Shown here in pieces: positions 20,011 to 31,100 of a stretch of 64,000 bases of DNA (position 1 is the stretch's first letter; every line of letters starts with the position of its first letter). The notes beneath the pieces were generated by a model. It was not told the origin of the DNA. It worked only from the letters and a program-made list of their open reading frames with translations, and did not search any database. This DNA is from Acaryochloridaceae cyanobacterium VAR_48_metabat_390. GTDB lineage: Bacteria; Cyanobacteriota; Cyanobacteriia; Thermosynechococcales; Thermosynechococcaceae. The stretch covers positions 1-64,000 of the forward strand of contig JANPLU010000014.1 of assembly GCA_031422435.1 (NCBI GenBank), given 5' to 3'. Both the position numbers and the translations under genes were made by a program.

Positions 20011-20631
20011 TTACCAGCCAAATGCAGAAAGAGGACTGCTAATTTGAATCGTTTTTGCAACTGCAACCGGAGAAGGGCTTTCTTCTGAAGGTTCTTGCTG
20101 GTTGGCAGAGAGGCGAGCTTCTGAACAAAAAGATGCGGTGCTAAACCCACCAAATCGTTTGACGGTGCTGGTTCGTAGGCGAAGTTCTGGGGTTTCAAAC
20201 CAGAAGCGTTCGATGGAACTCATCGTCTCGTACTCGGTGGTGAGGTTGAGTCCACCCTCTGCATCCAGATGATATCGCCCAACGACGGGGACGATTTCTG
20301 CATATCCGCGTTCTCTGAGCAGCCGACCGCACAACGGATTGTCCTGATCGGGCACGATCGCAAAGACTGTTTTCCCTTCATGACCGCCTTCGCTATCGCG
20401 ATCCCATCCCATGGTGCCTTGCCAGGTCACGCGCGACCCACAGACCGCTAACTGCGGATCGACTTCATGAAATCGGCACAGTTCTTGAACATCTGGGTCT
20501 GAGGCGGCGAGGGCAAACACTGAGATTTCGGAGTCTCCTACTTCTGCGCGACGAAACGCGAGGTGATGGGTCGTTCGCTGCGATCGCCATCGTCCTGCAC
20601 TTCTCTCAAAAAAATCAACCACTTCCAACAT
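20011..20631 (-). CDS. cpcS: CpcS/CpeS-type phycobiliprotein lyase
   Basis: GRWRSQRTTHHLAF, RERGYAE, ERFWF, RTSTVKRFGG. Confidence 0.9.
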   Translation of the reverse strand: MLEVVDFFERSAGRWRSQRTTHHLAFRRAEVGDSEISVFALAASDPDVQELCRFHEVDPQLAVCGSRVTWQGTMGWDRDSEGGHEGKTVFAIVPDQDNPLCGRLLRERGYAEIVPVVGRYHLDAEGGLNLTTEYETMSSIERFWFETPELRLRTSTVKRFGGFSTASFCSEARLSANQQEPSEESPSPVAVAKTIQISSPLSAFGW

Positions 20632-20757
20632 GCTGCTACCTAAACCTTTCGCTTAATTCTCAAGCACTTGTACAAACGAGGCGACCTTCAACAGCATAGC
20701 GAAAAAGCACCCGCCAAACCCTGTAGAGTAAAGAAAAACTACCCATGAGCGTTGTAT

Positions 20758-21156
20758 ATGTCACCTTGGCCTGGTTTAGTAACGGTTTTCGCATTAGCGC
20801 TCTACTTTGTACTGACCATTAATGTGGGTCGGGCGAGGGCTAAGTATGGGGTGCCTGTGCCGCAAATGAGCGGCAACCCAGACTTTGAGCGAGTTGTGCG
20901 GGTTCACTACAATACCCTAGAGCAGCTTGTGTTTTTTCTGCCGCTCCTATGGATTTTTTCGCTATACATTGACCCCATTTGGGGTTCGGCAATCGGCGCG
21001 GTTTGGGTCATCGGTCGAGGTTTATATGCTTGGGGATATTACCAAGCCACTGAAAAACGGGGTCTAGGCTTTGCGATCGCCTCTCTAAGCGGCATGATTT
21101 TGCTATTAGGCAGCTTAATTAAGCTAGGTCTACTGGCCTTCAATACGCTGGTCTAA
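20758..21156 (+). CDS. MAPEG family (microsomal GST-like) protein
   Basis: VGRARAKY, FERVVRVHYNTLE, GYY. Confidence 0.9.
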   Translation: MSPWPGLVTVFALALYFVLTINVGRARAKYGVPVPQMSGNPDFERVVRVHYNTLEQLVFFLPLLWIFSLYIDPIWGSAIGAVWVIGRGLYAWGYYQATEKRGLGFAIASLSGMILLLGSLIKLGLLAFNTLV

Positions 21157-22046
21157 GCTGCTGCCACCGAACCAAATACAATCTTTGGAATCAGCAGCCC
21201 CTCAGACAGCATCCCCATCCCTAAAAACTGTGCTGACGTAGTATGAACCCGTATCCATGCTTCAGGGGTATTGGCACTCATTTCCACCGATTGCCCCTGA
21301 CACCAGCGGATAGCAGACAATTCATCAAGGGTGCAGTGGGGCATCTCTTTAAGCGCCACGGTAGGATCGGTCAGCACAAGGGAGCCTTGATTCACCTGTT
21401 CTTCCAGCGTTTCTAAAGAAATGCTGTTTGCCAAGTCAAACCCACAGCTTTGAGTGCGCACAAGCTGCGCTAAGGTACCGCCCACCTGAAGCCTTTTACC
21501 CAAATCACGGGCAATAGAGCGGATGTAGGTTCCAGGGCCACAGGCAATCTGAAGCGTTACCTCTGGATGATCTGGATCTAACGTCTGCCAGTCTAAAATC
21601 TCAATGCCAAAAACCTCTACCGTTCGCGGCTCCGGCTGTATAACTTCGCCTTTACGTGCGAGTTTGTAAAGCCGCTGACCATTGACCTGAATCGCACTAT
21701 AAATCGGCGGAATTTGCTGAAGTGTCCCTTCAAAGGCGCTTAGAGCCTCAGTCACCTCGGCTTGTGTTGTCCGTGCAGCAGGGTGAGCTTGTAACACTTC
21801 GCCTTCTAAATCATCCGTTGTTGTAGTAATGCCGAGGCGAACGGTGGCGCGGTAGGCTTTGGCGGTTGGCAAAAATTGCAGCAGCCGCGTTGCAGAGCCA
21901 ACCGCAATGGGCAACACACCCGTTGCCAAGGGATCTAATGTGCCGCCGTGGCCTACCCGCTTTGTCTTGAGCAGGCGACGGACGCGAGCAACACAATCAT
22001 GAGAAGTCCAGCCCGTCGGCTTATGTAAATTAATAAATCCAAACAC
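21153..22046 (-). CDS. truB: tRNA pseudouridine(55) synthase
   Basis: GHGGTLDPLATGVL, PPIYSA, GTYIRSIARDLG. Confidence 0.96.
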   Translation of the reverse strand: MFGFINLHKPTGWTSHDCVARVRRLLKTKRVGHGGTLDPLATGVLPIAVGSATRLLQFLPTAKAYRATVRLGITTTTDDLEGEVLQAHPAARTTQAEVTEALSAFEGTLQQIPPIYSAIQVNGQRLYKLARKGEVIQPEPRTVEVFGIEILDWQTLDPDHPEVTLQIACGPGTYIRSIARDLGKRLQVGGTLAQLVRTQSCGFDLANSISLETLEEQVNQGSLVLTDPTVALKEMPHCTLDELSAIRWCQGQSVEMSANTPEAWIRVHTTSAQFLGMGMLSEGLLIPKIVFGSVAAA

Positions 22047-22076
22047 GCGCAGCAGAATCCCTTAAGCGTAAACAAA

Positions 22077-23783
22077 CTATTTTTTGACGCCTTCGGGCTT
22101 AACGCCGTCGGGAATCAATCCATTGAAAGGCAAAGACTTGACAATGCTCAAAGGCAGCGGGAAACGGCTTAACGCTTCAGCCCCTGCGGGACTCAAAAAG
22201 ACCTGATTGCTCTGTTGACCTCTCAAGTAAGCCTGCATAAACACCAAGCTCAACACGTTGACGTAAGACCGTGCTAATTCCGGTGATGGGCCTTCTAATC
22301 CTTTGATTTGAGACAGCCCTTCAGCCGCTTGACTCGAGGGGGCAATGGTTGAGAAATGATTGCTGTTTTCAATTAAAACCAAATAGCGCTGGAGCGCTTT
22401 TAGTTGAGAAAACGGCTGGATTTGCTCTGGTAATGCCGGAGCGACAATATCTCGCCCACCCGCGACGATCATGACAGGCACTTTAATCTGAGCTAAGCTA
22501 TCTGCGCCAAAAATACCGCTGGTAATGGGGTTAATGGCGATCGCCGCTTTAATTCGAGCATCTGTCAATGCGTACTGAGCAGGGGGCAGCCGCAGCGCCT
22601 GACACTGAAGCCCCAAAGAAATATTGAGGGTCGTATTAAGCTGTTGCCCGCAGTTTTGCTGCAGTGTTTTGAAACTTAGCGGTGCCCCCGCAACCGCCAG
22701 ACTGGTATAGCCCCCAAAAGACTGACCAATAATGCCCACCTCATCAAAATTAATCTTGCCCTGGAATCGTACATCGGTCTTTGCCAAAGACTGCAAAGAA
22801 TCTAGCAGAAACTGGATATCCAGGGGACGATCTAAAAACTCTAAGGGTGCCGCCACCTCTCGCCCACGCCCCTCCAGCAGCGACTGGAGCTGCTGCTTAC
22901 TGCTGCCCGGATGTTCTGGCACCGCAACAGCAAAACCATAGGAGGCTAAGTGCTGAGCAAGGTAGGCATAAGACTCGCGATCTGAATTTAGCCCGTGGGA
23001 AATAACCACCAAAGGCTGAGGCGAATCGGTAACGGGCAAGTAGACATCAGCGACAAATTGACGCGCCTGAGCGGTGTACTGCAACCTTTTTGGAGTGATG
23101 TCCTCAAGTGTCAGCGCGATCTTGTTCCACTTCAAAGTACCGGGCTGCTTAAGCTGCTCCAGGTTTTTTGAGTCAGAGACAGACAAAGGAGAAGCCTTAG
23201 ACAACGCCTGAATTTGCCGAGTAACCGTATTTCCTTGCTTTAAGAACTGATTGGCGGCACTCACCAGCCCCACAATTTCTTCAACATTGACCACCACATC
23301 ACGGGTAGGGTACTGACGCAAAATGGTCAGCGGCGTTAAGCCCTGAGGATCTGAGGCTGCCAATACGAGGGCAGATCGCAGCGCATAAAAACTGCCCTGA
23401 CCGCTTCCGGTTTGAATGAGCCGACTGACGCGACTTAGCAGAAGCTCTCCTGGCGGTGAGTAAAAAAACTGGCTAATCGCCACCGGAGACAGGTCTACTT
23501 TCTGCTGTAGCCCTTCTCGCAGTTGCGCTAACTGTTCAGGCTTGACTAACCGCGCATAGGAAACCAAATCTTCGGTCAAAACGCCGTCACGGGCATAGGT
23601 TTCAAGGGCGCGTACCGAAATCGAACGCCCTAAAATGGAGTAGTTAAACAAGATGCGCTCCGCTGCGATCGCAGCGCCACCACCACTATCGCCGCTACCG
23701 CCCCCCAATTGCCCCAGAGAGAGAGCCATCACGACGCCCCAGCGAATCCAGCCTCTTCTCGAGTCACTATAAAAAGACAGCAC
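22077..23783 (-). CDS. DUF1400 alpha/beta hydrolase
   Basis: AAERI N-terminus, SHG, EHPGS, GQSFGGYT nucleophile elbow, HFS. Confidence 0.88.
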   Translation of the reverse strand: MLSFYSDSRRGWIRWGVVMALSLGQLGGGSGDSGGGAAIAAERILFNYSILGRSISVRALETYARDGVLTEDLVSYARLVKPEQLAQLREGLQQKVDLSPVAISQFFYSPPGELLLSRVSRLIQTGSGQGSFYALRSALVLAASDPQGLTPLTILRQYPTRDVVVNVEEIVGLVSAANQFLKQGNTVTRQIQALSKASPLSVSDSKNLEQLKQPGTLKWNKIALTLEDITPKRLQYTAQARQFVADVYLPVTDSPQPLVVISHGLNSDRESYAYLAQHLASYGFAVAVPEHPGSSKQQLQSLLEGRGREVAAPLEFLDRPLDIQFLLDSLQSLAKTDVRFQGKINFDEVGIIGQSFGGYTSLAVAGAPLSFKTLQQNCGQQLNTTLNISLGLQCQALRLPPAQYALTDARIKAAIAINPITSGIFGADSLAQIKVPVMIVAGGRDIVAPALPEQIQPFSQLKALQRYLVLIENSNHFSTIAPSSQAAEGLSQIKGLEGPSPELARSYVNVLSLVFMQAYLRGQQSNQVFLSPAGAEALSRFPLPLSIVKSLPFNGLIPDGVKPEGVKK

Positions 23784-23864
23784 ACTTTCTTCTCCATCTG
23801 CGCAGAGCCTGATATATCCTAGTCCCCTATGAGAAATCCAGTTACATCCTGCAAGAATGCTTGA

Positions 23865-25544
23865 TTACCAAAGTGCATTTTTAATGCGGTCTAAGTCTTC
23901 AATCGAAAGAGACGAAACGCCGCGCAGCAGAAGCGGCTGAATACTTTGAGCCTCGATTGAAGCTGGATTTAAAAAGATTGCCGTATTAGGCTGTTGCTTT
24001 ACATAGGTTCTAAAAAATGCAAGCCCTAACGCCCGCATATAGATCCGCGCCACTTCTGGGGTTCTGCCAATAAGCTCTTTGGGCGTGACAAACGCACGCT
24101 CGGCAGGCTGAAGTTCATCAATGGTCGAAAAATGAGTCGCGCCATCTATTAGAATAAGGCGCTTTTCAATATTAGGGAGCCAGGTAAACGGCTCTATCTG
24201 CTCCGCTAACGGCGGCGTGATGCTATCTGAAGTGCCTGAAATTATCATCACGGGTGCCTGAATGCTCTTAAAGCCCTCTACACCAAACACACTGCTGGTG
24301 ACTGGATTAACGGCGATCGCCGCTTTAACTCGAGTGTCCCTAAAGCTGTAGTCTTGTTTGGGCAACTGCTGTGCCTGACACTGAAGCAATAGCGACAGGT
24401 TTAAGCTTTGAGCAAACGACTTATCACAGCCCTTCTGAAGGCTGTCAAAATTGATTTTTGCCCCTACCAAGGCCAGCGCCGTATAGCCCCCAAAGGACTG
24501 TCCCATCACCCCCACCTGATTGATATTAATCCGTCCTTTAAACGGCCCATCCATTTGATTCAGTCGGGTTAGCTCATCGAGCAGGGATGAAACATCCAGA
24601 GGGCGATCAATAAACTCCTGTGGGTTTGACACATCATCGGCCTTGCCATCCAGCAGCGCACTGATCTGGCGTTCAGAACTGCCCGGATGTTCGGGCACCG
24701 CTACCACAAAGCCGTGAGAAGCCAAATGCTCTGCAAAATACTTAAAGGAAGTCCGTCCTGAACCCAAACCATGAGAAATAACGACCACGGGCATGGGCAC
24801 TGCGCGTGCTAGACGAGGCAGGTAAATATCTGCGCTAAACTCACGGGGAGAAGCAGACAGCGGCTGCATACGCTGAGGCCGACTGTCCGTAAGCGTCAGT
24901 GGAATAACATCCCAAGTAAACGAGCCAGACTTTCGTAACGCGACTAAATCTGTTACTCGTGCCGCTTTGGTGGCTTGCGCCGCTAGATCTGAGCGCTGCT
25001 GAACCAGAGCAATGGACGTATTGGTCTGCTGAACCAGTTTCCGAATGGCCTGAAACACGTCCAACCCTTGAGCGATATCGAGCTGAATCCCAGAATCGGG
25101 ATAATTCCGCAGCAAGCTTAAGACCGTTAATCCCTGGGGATCGGTAGAGGCTAAAATCATTGCGGAGCGCAGCGCCTGTAGGCTCGAAACCTGAGATTTC
25201 GCCTTGATGAGGGTGCTGGCGCGCTCCAGCATCTTTTCACCAGTGGGCGTATACAAGAACTGAGAAATCACATCGCTGGACAATTCAATGCGCTTTCTGA
25301 GCGCTTCTCTTAGCTCCTGAAGTTGCGTAGGCTTCAAAAATTTGGAATAGGTTTGCAGCGTGGGCGATAAACGACCTTCTTTGGCATAGGTTTCTAAGTC
25401 TGAAACCTGAAGGGTAATTTCAAGGAATCCATAGCTGGCATAGACCCGCTCCGCTGCATTAGCCGCAGCGGGAAGCAGTAGCCCCAAGGCAAAGCTGCCA
25501 AGAGTAGACCACAAACGCATTCGTCGTTTAGATAATTTCTGCAC
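23865..25544 (-). CDS. DUF1400 alpha/beta hydrolase (tandem paralog)
   Basis: AAERV, SHGLGS, EHPGS, GQSFGGYT, HFS. Confidence 0.88.
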   Translation of the reverse strand: MQKLSKRRMRLWSTLGSFALGLLLPAAANAAERVYASYGFLEITLQVSDLETYAKEGRLSPTLQTYSKFLKPTQLQELREALRKRIELSSDVISQFLYTPTGEKMLERASTLIKAKSQVSSLQALRSAMILASTDPQGLTVLSLLRNYPDSGIQLDIAQGLDVFQAIRKLVQQTNTSIALVQQRSDLAAQATKAARVTDLVALRKSGSFTWDVIPLTLTDSRPQRMQPLSASPREFSADIYLPRLARAVPMPVVVISHGLGSGRTSFKYFAEHLASHGFVVAVPEHPGSSERQISALLDGKADDVSNPQEFIDRPLDVSSLLDELTRLNQMDGPFKGRININQVGVMGQSFGGYTALALVGAKINFDSLQKGCDKSFAQSLNLSLLLQCQAQQLPKQDYSFRDTRVKAAIAVNPVTSSVFGVEGFKSIQAPVMIISGTSDSITPPLAEQIEPFTWLPNIEKRLILIDGATHFSTIDELQPAERAFVTPKELIGRTPEVARIYMRALGLAFFRTYVKQQPNTAIFLNPASIEAQSIQPLLLRGVSSLSIEDLDRIKNALW

Positions 25545-25989
25545 ACGCTTCGCCTAGAGAATTTTGGGTACGTAGATTTGAATTCCTGCTGATAATCTTG
25601 TCAGATTTTAGGAGAGTAGCGATATCCGTAGAGCTTTAGGCTGATTACTCATTCCTCAAGCTTTGATATCTACGGAGAAAGATCAGGTTTGTGAGCAATT
25701 GTGAAGGGTAACAATAATTAATAATGCCATGACTTATTGACAATCATAATTTAATTCCAAGCATTTACAACCTTTAAGGGTGAATTTAGGCGACAATCTG
25801 GATATATGAACGTAAATTAGTAAATATTAGGAGAATGCTCAGAGGTGTTGAGGATCCTGCACTCATCCATGCCCAAGCTATTGGAGCAGATGATCAACCT
25901 CTTGTCTAATGCTGGCAGTGTGATTCAGATCATAAGTCTATCAATGCAGACGTTATAAAGTTGTGAGTTAAAGGTAAACGGTAGCTGCT

Positions 25990-26580
25990 ATGACCATTCA
26001 AGAGTCTAAACAACAGAGGTCGCATCAAACCTTAGCAGAGCTGATTGAATCTCTGGAGCTATCGAATTTACAAAAGCAGTACATGCAGTCACGCTGGCTA
26101 GATCAGCTGTCTTACATGAGTAGGCGTGCGCGCGAAACCCGTAATTGGTATTACCGTCTGCGGATAACCGCCATTGTTGGCAGTGTGGTTGTGCCGATTC
26201 TGCTAGGTGTGCAACAGACCAATTCTAAAGATTTTCTACGTTGGGCAACTATTGGACTCAGCGGAGTTGTGGCAGTGAGTGCGGCGGTAGAGGAGTTTTT
26301 TCATTTTGGCGATCGCTGGCGGCATTTTCGACAGACAGCAGAGGCATTGAAGGCTCAAGGCTGGCAATTTTCACAGTTGGGTGGACTTTATGGCGAATAT
26401 CCATCACATCAGGCTGCATTTCAAAGTTTCACGACTCATGTTGAGACATTGCTTCAGCATGAGAATGAGGTATTTGTTTCGGAAGTGGTGAAGGAGAAGC
26501 CCAAAGAAAATTCTGTACCTGACAGAGACAAGTCCGCACAACATACTTCGTCCCAAAAATCCGATGCCTCAAATCTTTAA
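25990..26580 (+). CDS. DUF4231 / SLATT-family two-TM protein
   Basis: RWLDQ, YYRLR, two TM helices, WRHFRQTAEALK, F..HVE.LLQHEN. Confidence 0.82.
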   Translation: MTIQESKQQRSHQTLAELIESLELSNLQKQYMQSRWLDQLSYMSRRARETRNWYYRLRITAIVGSVVVPILLGVQQTNSKDFLRWATIGLSGVVAVSAAVEEFFHFGDRWRHFRQTAEALKAQGWQFSQLGGLYGEYPSHQAAFQSFTTHVETLLQHENEVFVSEVVKEKPKENSVPDRDKSAQHTSSQKSDASNL

Positions 26581-26624
26581 AGATAAATTTACAACAGCAT
26601 TCTTACTTGAGGAAAATTACATCA

Positions 26625-28103
26625 ATGAAATTCGAGAATGATATTTTCATTAGCTATACTCATGATGACAATTTAACTTTTAACAAAAAAGATACTGGGT
26701 GGATAGACGAATTTTCTCAGTGCTTATTAAAGCGAGTAGCTCAGGTCTCTGGAATAAAGCCAAAGATATGGAAAGACGAAAAACTAAAAGGAAATGATTA
26801 CTTTGATGACACAATCGAAGATGAAATTGCTAAATCAGCCATTTTAATATCTATTTTTTCACCGCGCTATTTGACATCTGAATGGTGCCTTCGAGAACTC
26901 CAAGAATTTTGCAGTAAGTCTGGGGATATCAGGGTTGGTAATAAATCGAGGTTATTTAAGATAATCAAATATCCTTTAGAACATAAGAGTAACTTTCCAT
27001 CGGAGGTTCAAAGACTTTTAGGGTACGAATTCCACACAAAGACTCCTCCTGGCCCTCCAATAGAATTGACACCTTCAATTGAAGAGTATCAGAAAGACTA
27101 TACAAGGATTTTGACTGACTTAGCTGAAAGTATTAAGGAGGTATTAAAATTACTGCGGTCAGATAATAGCCAACTTACATTACCCAATCAATCAACAGGT
27201 AGCACAATTTACTTAGCTAAGACAACATTTGATCTTAAAGAGGAGCGTGACAAAATTCGACGTGAACTTCAGCAGTTTGGTCATACAGTGCTTCCCGATG
27301 AGGATTTGCCAGATTATAGTCCTGCGTTTGAGGAAGCTGTTCAACAAAGTTTAGAGCAGTCTCAGTTATCAGTTCATTTACTAGGGGAGCGGTATGGACT
27401 CGTCTTGAGTCCTTCTGGGCTGTCAATGACGGAATTACAGTACAAGCTTGCTGTTGAGTGTGAGCAAATCAATCCAGATTTTAAGCACTTGACTTGGTTC
27501 CCTACGGATTCTCAAGCAAAAGAAACTCGACAGGAAGAATTCATTTCAGAAGTACAAAACGACTCTGAATATTTACGAACTAGTCTTGAAGAACTTAAGA
27601 CAATTATCCAAGATAAGTTAAAACCCAAAACAGAAACTCAGGAAGCTTCTACGTTGTCTAAAATCTTTTATAATCAGCCAATATACATTTATCTTATTCA
27701 CGATCAAAGTGATAAGGTTGAAGACATTTCCCCTCTCTACAACTATTTCATGGATTTGCCAAACTTTGAAATCAGATTACCTGATTTTTCCGGCAATGAA
27801 GCAGAAATACGTCAGGCTCACATAGAAAATTTAAAAAGCTGTGATGCAGCCATTTTATATTACGGGAAAGGCAACCTTGCTTGGCTTCAGAGCAAGCTTT
27901 CAGGGTTTAGCAAGGTTATGGGCTACGGGCGAGAGCAGCCAATGCTAGCACAGGCTGTTTATATCGCCGAACCCCAAGCGCCTGAGAAAAACCTATTTAG
28001 AACAAAACAGGCGCTTGTGATTAAAGACTTTGATGAGTTTTCTCCAGAGTTACTAAACGATTTTCTGACGCAAATTGAGCAAAACCTAGGAGAGATAAAA
28101 TGA
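26625..28103 (+). CDS. TIR-domain protein with additional DUF4062-like and TIR-like domains
   Basis: DIFISYTHDD, IWKD, SPRYLTSEWCLRELQEF; middle IYLA...DLKEERDKIRRELQQFG; C-terminal IYLIHD...CDAAILYYG. Confidence 0.85.
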   Translation: MKFENDIFISYTHDDNLTFNKKDTGWIDEFSQCLLKRVAQVSGIKPKIWKDEKLKGNDYFDDTIEDEIAKSAILISIFSPRYLTSEWCLRELQEFCSKSGDIRVGNKSRLFKIIKYPLEHKSNFPSEVQRLLGYEFHTKTPPGPPIELTPSIEEYQKDYTRILTDLAESIKEVLKLLRSDNSQLTLPNQSTGSTIYLAKTTFDLKEERDKIRRELQQFGHTVLPDEDLPDYSPAFEEAVQQSLEQSQLSVHLLGERYGLVLSPSGLSMTELQYKLAVECEQINPDFKHLTWFPTDSQAKETRQEEFISEVQNDSEYLRTSLEELKTIIQDKLKPKTETQEASTLSKIFYNQPIYIYLIHDQSDKVEDISPLYNYFMDLPNFEIRLPDFSGNEAEIRQAHIENLKSCDAAILYYGKGNLAWLQSKLSGFSKVMGYGREQPMLAQAVYIAEPQAPEKNLFRTKQALVIKDFDEFSPELLNDFLTQIEQNLGEIK

Positions 28104-31100
28104 CGTTAGCGACAGAAACACGTCTGAATCCCTTCCCTGGACTACGATCTTTTAAGACAAAAGAAGAAAATTTATTTTTTGGGCGCGAAAAACAAGTCAA
28201 TGAGCTGCTACAAAAACTTCGATGTCATCGCTTTCTGGCAGTTGTGGGTACATCAGGAAGTGGTAAGTCTTCTTTGGTGAGAGCTGGTCTTTTACCTGCC
28301 TTGCATAGCGGTTTTATGGTACAGGCTGGCTCTAGTTGGCGTATTGCTGTTTTATGTCCTGGGAATGCGCCCATCTATAATTTGGCTAAGGCTCTTAATA
28401 AACCAGAAATCTTAGCAAATAATGGCGACGAAGAGGACGAAGATACCCGAGCTTTGGTCATTGAAACGACGCTTGAGCGGGGAGCATTGGGCTTAGTGGA
28501 GGTAGTTAGGCAAGCTCGATTGTCTGCATCAGAGAATTTGTTGATTGTGGTGGATCAGTTTGAAGAGCTATTTCGCTTTCAGACAGCCCCTAATCGAGAT
28601 GATGCCGAAGAGAAAGCAAGTGCTGAGGAAGCAAGTGCTTTCGTTAAGTTACTCCTAGAGGCAGTAAAACATCCAGAGATATCTATTTATGTAGTGCTGA
28701 CGATGCGGTCTGAGTTCTTGGGCGACTGCGCTCAGTTTAGAGATTTGCCGGAGACTATCAATGACAGTCAATTCCTAATTCCACGAATGACTCGCGATCA
28801 GCTGCGTTTTGCCATTGAAGGGCCAGTAGCAGTCGGTGGCGCAAAGATTACACCACGATTGGTCAATCGGCTGCTGAATGATATGGGTGAACACCCCGAC
28901 CAATTACCCATTTTGCAACATGCGCTGATGCGAACTTGGGACTACTGGATGGACGCTGAGCCGTTTGACGGACTAATTGACGTTCAGCATTATGAGGCTA
29001 TTGGTGGTGTAACTACGGCATTATCAAGACATGCAGATGAAATTTACGCCGGATTAAGCAATGATGATGAACGAGAAATTGCTGAAACGTTGTTCAAACG
29101 TCTAACCGACAAAGGGCCTTACGGTCGTGAAATCCGTCGCCCTAGCAAACTAAAGGAAATATGCGAAGTAACAAATGCAGCTCAAGAAAAGGTTATTAGA
29201 ATTGTTGATAAATTTCGGGCACCAGGATGCTCATTTTTAATGCCGACGCTCTCTGAAGCATTGACACTAGAAACGACGTTGGATATTTCCCATGAAAGCT
29301 TGATGCGAATTTGGGATCGCTTACAAAACTGGGTAGAGGAAGAACGCCAGTCAGCACAAATTTATCGGCGATTGGCTGAATCTGCGTCTTTATATGAGCA
29401 AGGTAAAACTGGTTTATGTATAAACCCTGAATTAACAATCGCATTAAATTGGCTTAAAGACAACCATCCCAATAAAGCTTGGGCAAAACGGTACAATCAG
29501 CACTTTGATAAAGCAAGTGAATACTTAGAAGCAAGCGGGAAAGCTCATGATACAGAAATCAAAAGACAGGAACAGGATAAAGAAGCAAAACTAAAGCAAA
29601 AAGAAGAAGAGGTTAGAGAGCAGAAACGTATCAATCAGAGACTAAAACTCTATGGTGCTAGTGCGATCACAGGTTTAGTCGCTATTGGATTAGGAATATT
29701 TACATTTTTTCAAGCACGGTCTGCTGTTGAAAGTACGACCAACACGCTTTGGCAATCATCAAATGTGTTGTATGAAACCCGCCCTGAGCGCATTGATTCG
29801 TTAACTTATGCTTTAGGAGCCAAAGAATCCCTAGACTGGGGATTCTTTAATTGGCTACCCTTTAAAGACCTAACAATTAGAGATCAGGTATTAGGGAAAC
29901 TCTTGCAATCAGCGTATATTGTGAGAGAGTTTAATCGACTTGAACGCCATAATGCACCAGTCAACAGCGTTAGCTTTAGCAAAAATGATGAGATCATAGC
30001 CTCAGCTAGCGATGACAGAAATATTATTCTATGGCATAAAGATAATAGTCCGCCCCAAATTTTAGAAGGACATTTTAGTAGAGTTAATAGCGTAAGTTTT
30101 AGACCTGATGGACAAAGAATAGCTTCAGCAAGTGCTGATGGAACCATAAAGATTTGGGATCTAAGCGGGAACACATTACAAAGTCTTTCTAAAGAAAAAC
30201 AAAATAGCTCAGTATCTAGCATTAGTTACAGTATTGACGGGAAAATGTTAGCTTCTGGCAGCGATGATAGTAGCGTAACATTGTGGAAGGATGTTAACGG
30301 AAAATTTAATAAGCCCTTTAAAACGCTTCAACACAAAGATAGAGTTAAAGCCATGAGTTTTAGTCCAAAGGGGAAAAGCTTAGCTTCGGTGGGATGGGAT
30401 GGTGTTATCAAAATCTGGGATCTCAATGGAAATCTCATCAAGTCACGAGATCTCAATATTAGAGCAGACAACCCTAAAGCCACTCCATCAGGAAGAAACA
30501 CACAAAGACAGAGATTAACAAGCGTCAGTTTCAGCCCTGACGGCAAAACTATTGCCGTGGGAAGCTTAGAGAAATTAGTTATGATTTGGGACTTAAAAGA
30601 TAACTCTATCAAAACATTAAATGCCCATACAGATAGAGTAATGAGTGTTAGCTTCAGTCACGATAATAAATATCTTGCGTCATCAAGTGCTGACAACACA
30701 GTTAAAGTATGGAAACTTAAGTCTCAAGCAGTAGATATGAGTCTGACTGTCGAAGGAGTCACCAATGCTCAATTTTCTCCTACGGGGATATTAGCAACAA
30801 CGGAATTAAACAAAAAGATTAGATTATGGAAACTACCAGAGATATTTCCTAATTCTCCTATACATAATCAACTAGCTCCAAAGTCAATTATAACAAGTGA
30901 AGATAATAGTATCATCAGCATGGATTTAAGTCCCAATGGCAAAATAACAGTCAGTGGTGAAGTTGACATTAAAACAAATAGCAGCAAAATTATTTTCCGA
31001 GATTCACAAACTAAGGCTTCGCTTCTTTCATCAAACTTAAAGTGTGGGGCAATAGTAAATGTTCAGTTTTCTTCTAAAAACTCATCCATAGCTGCAATTG

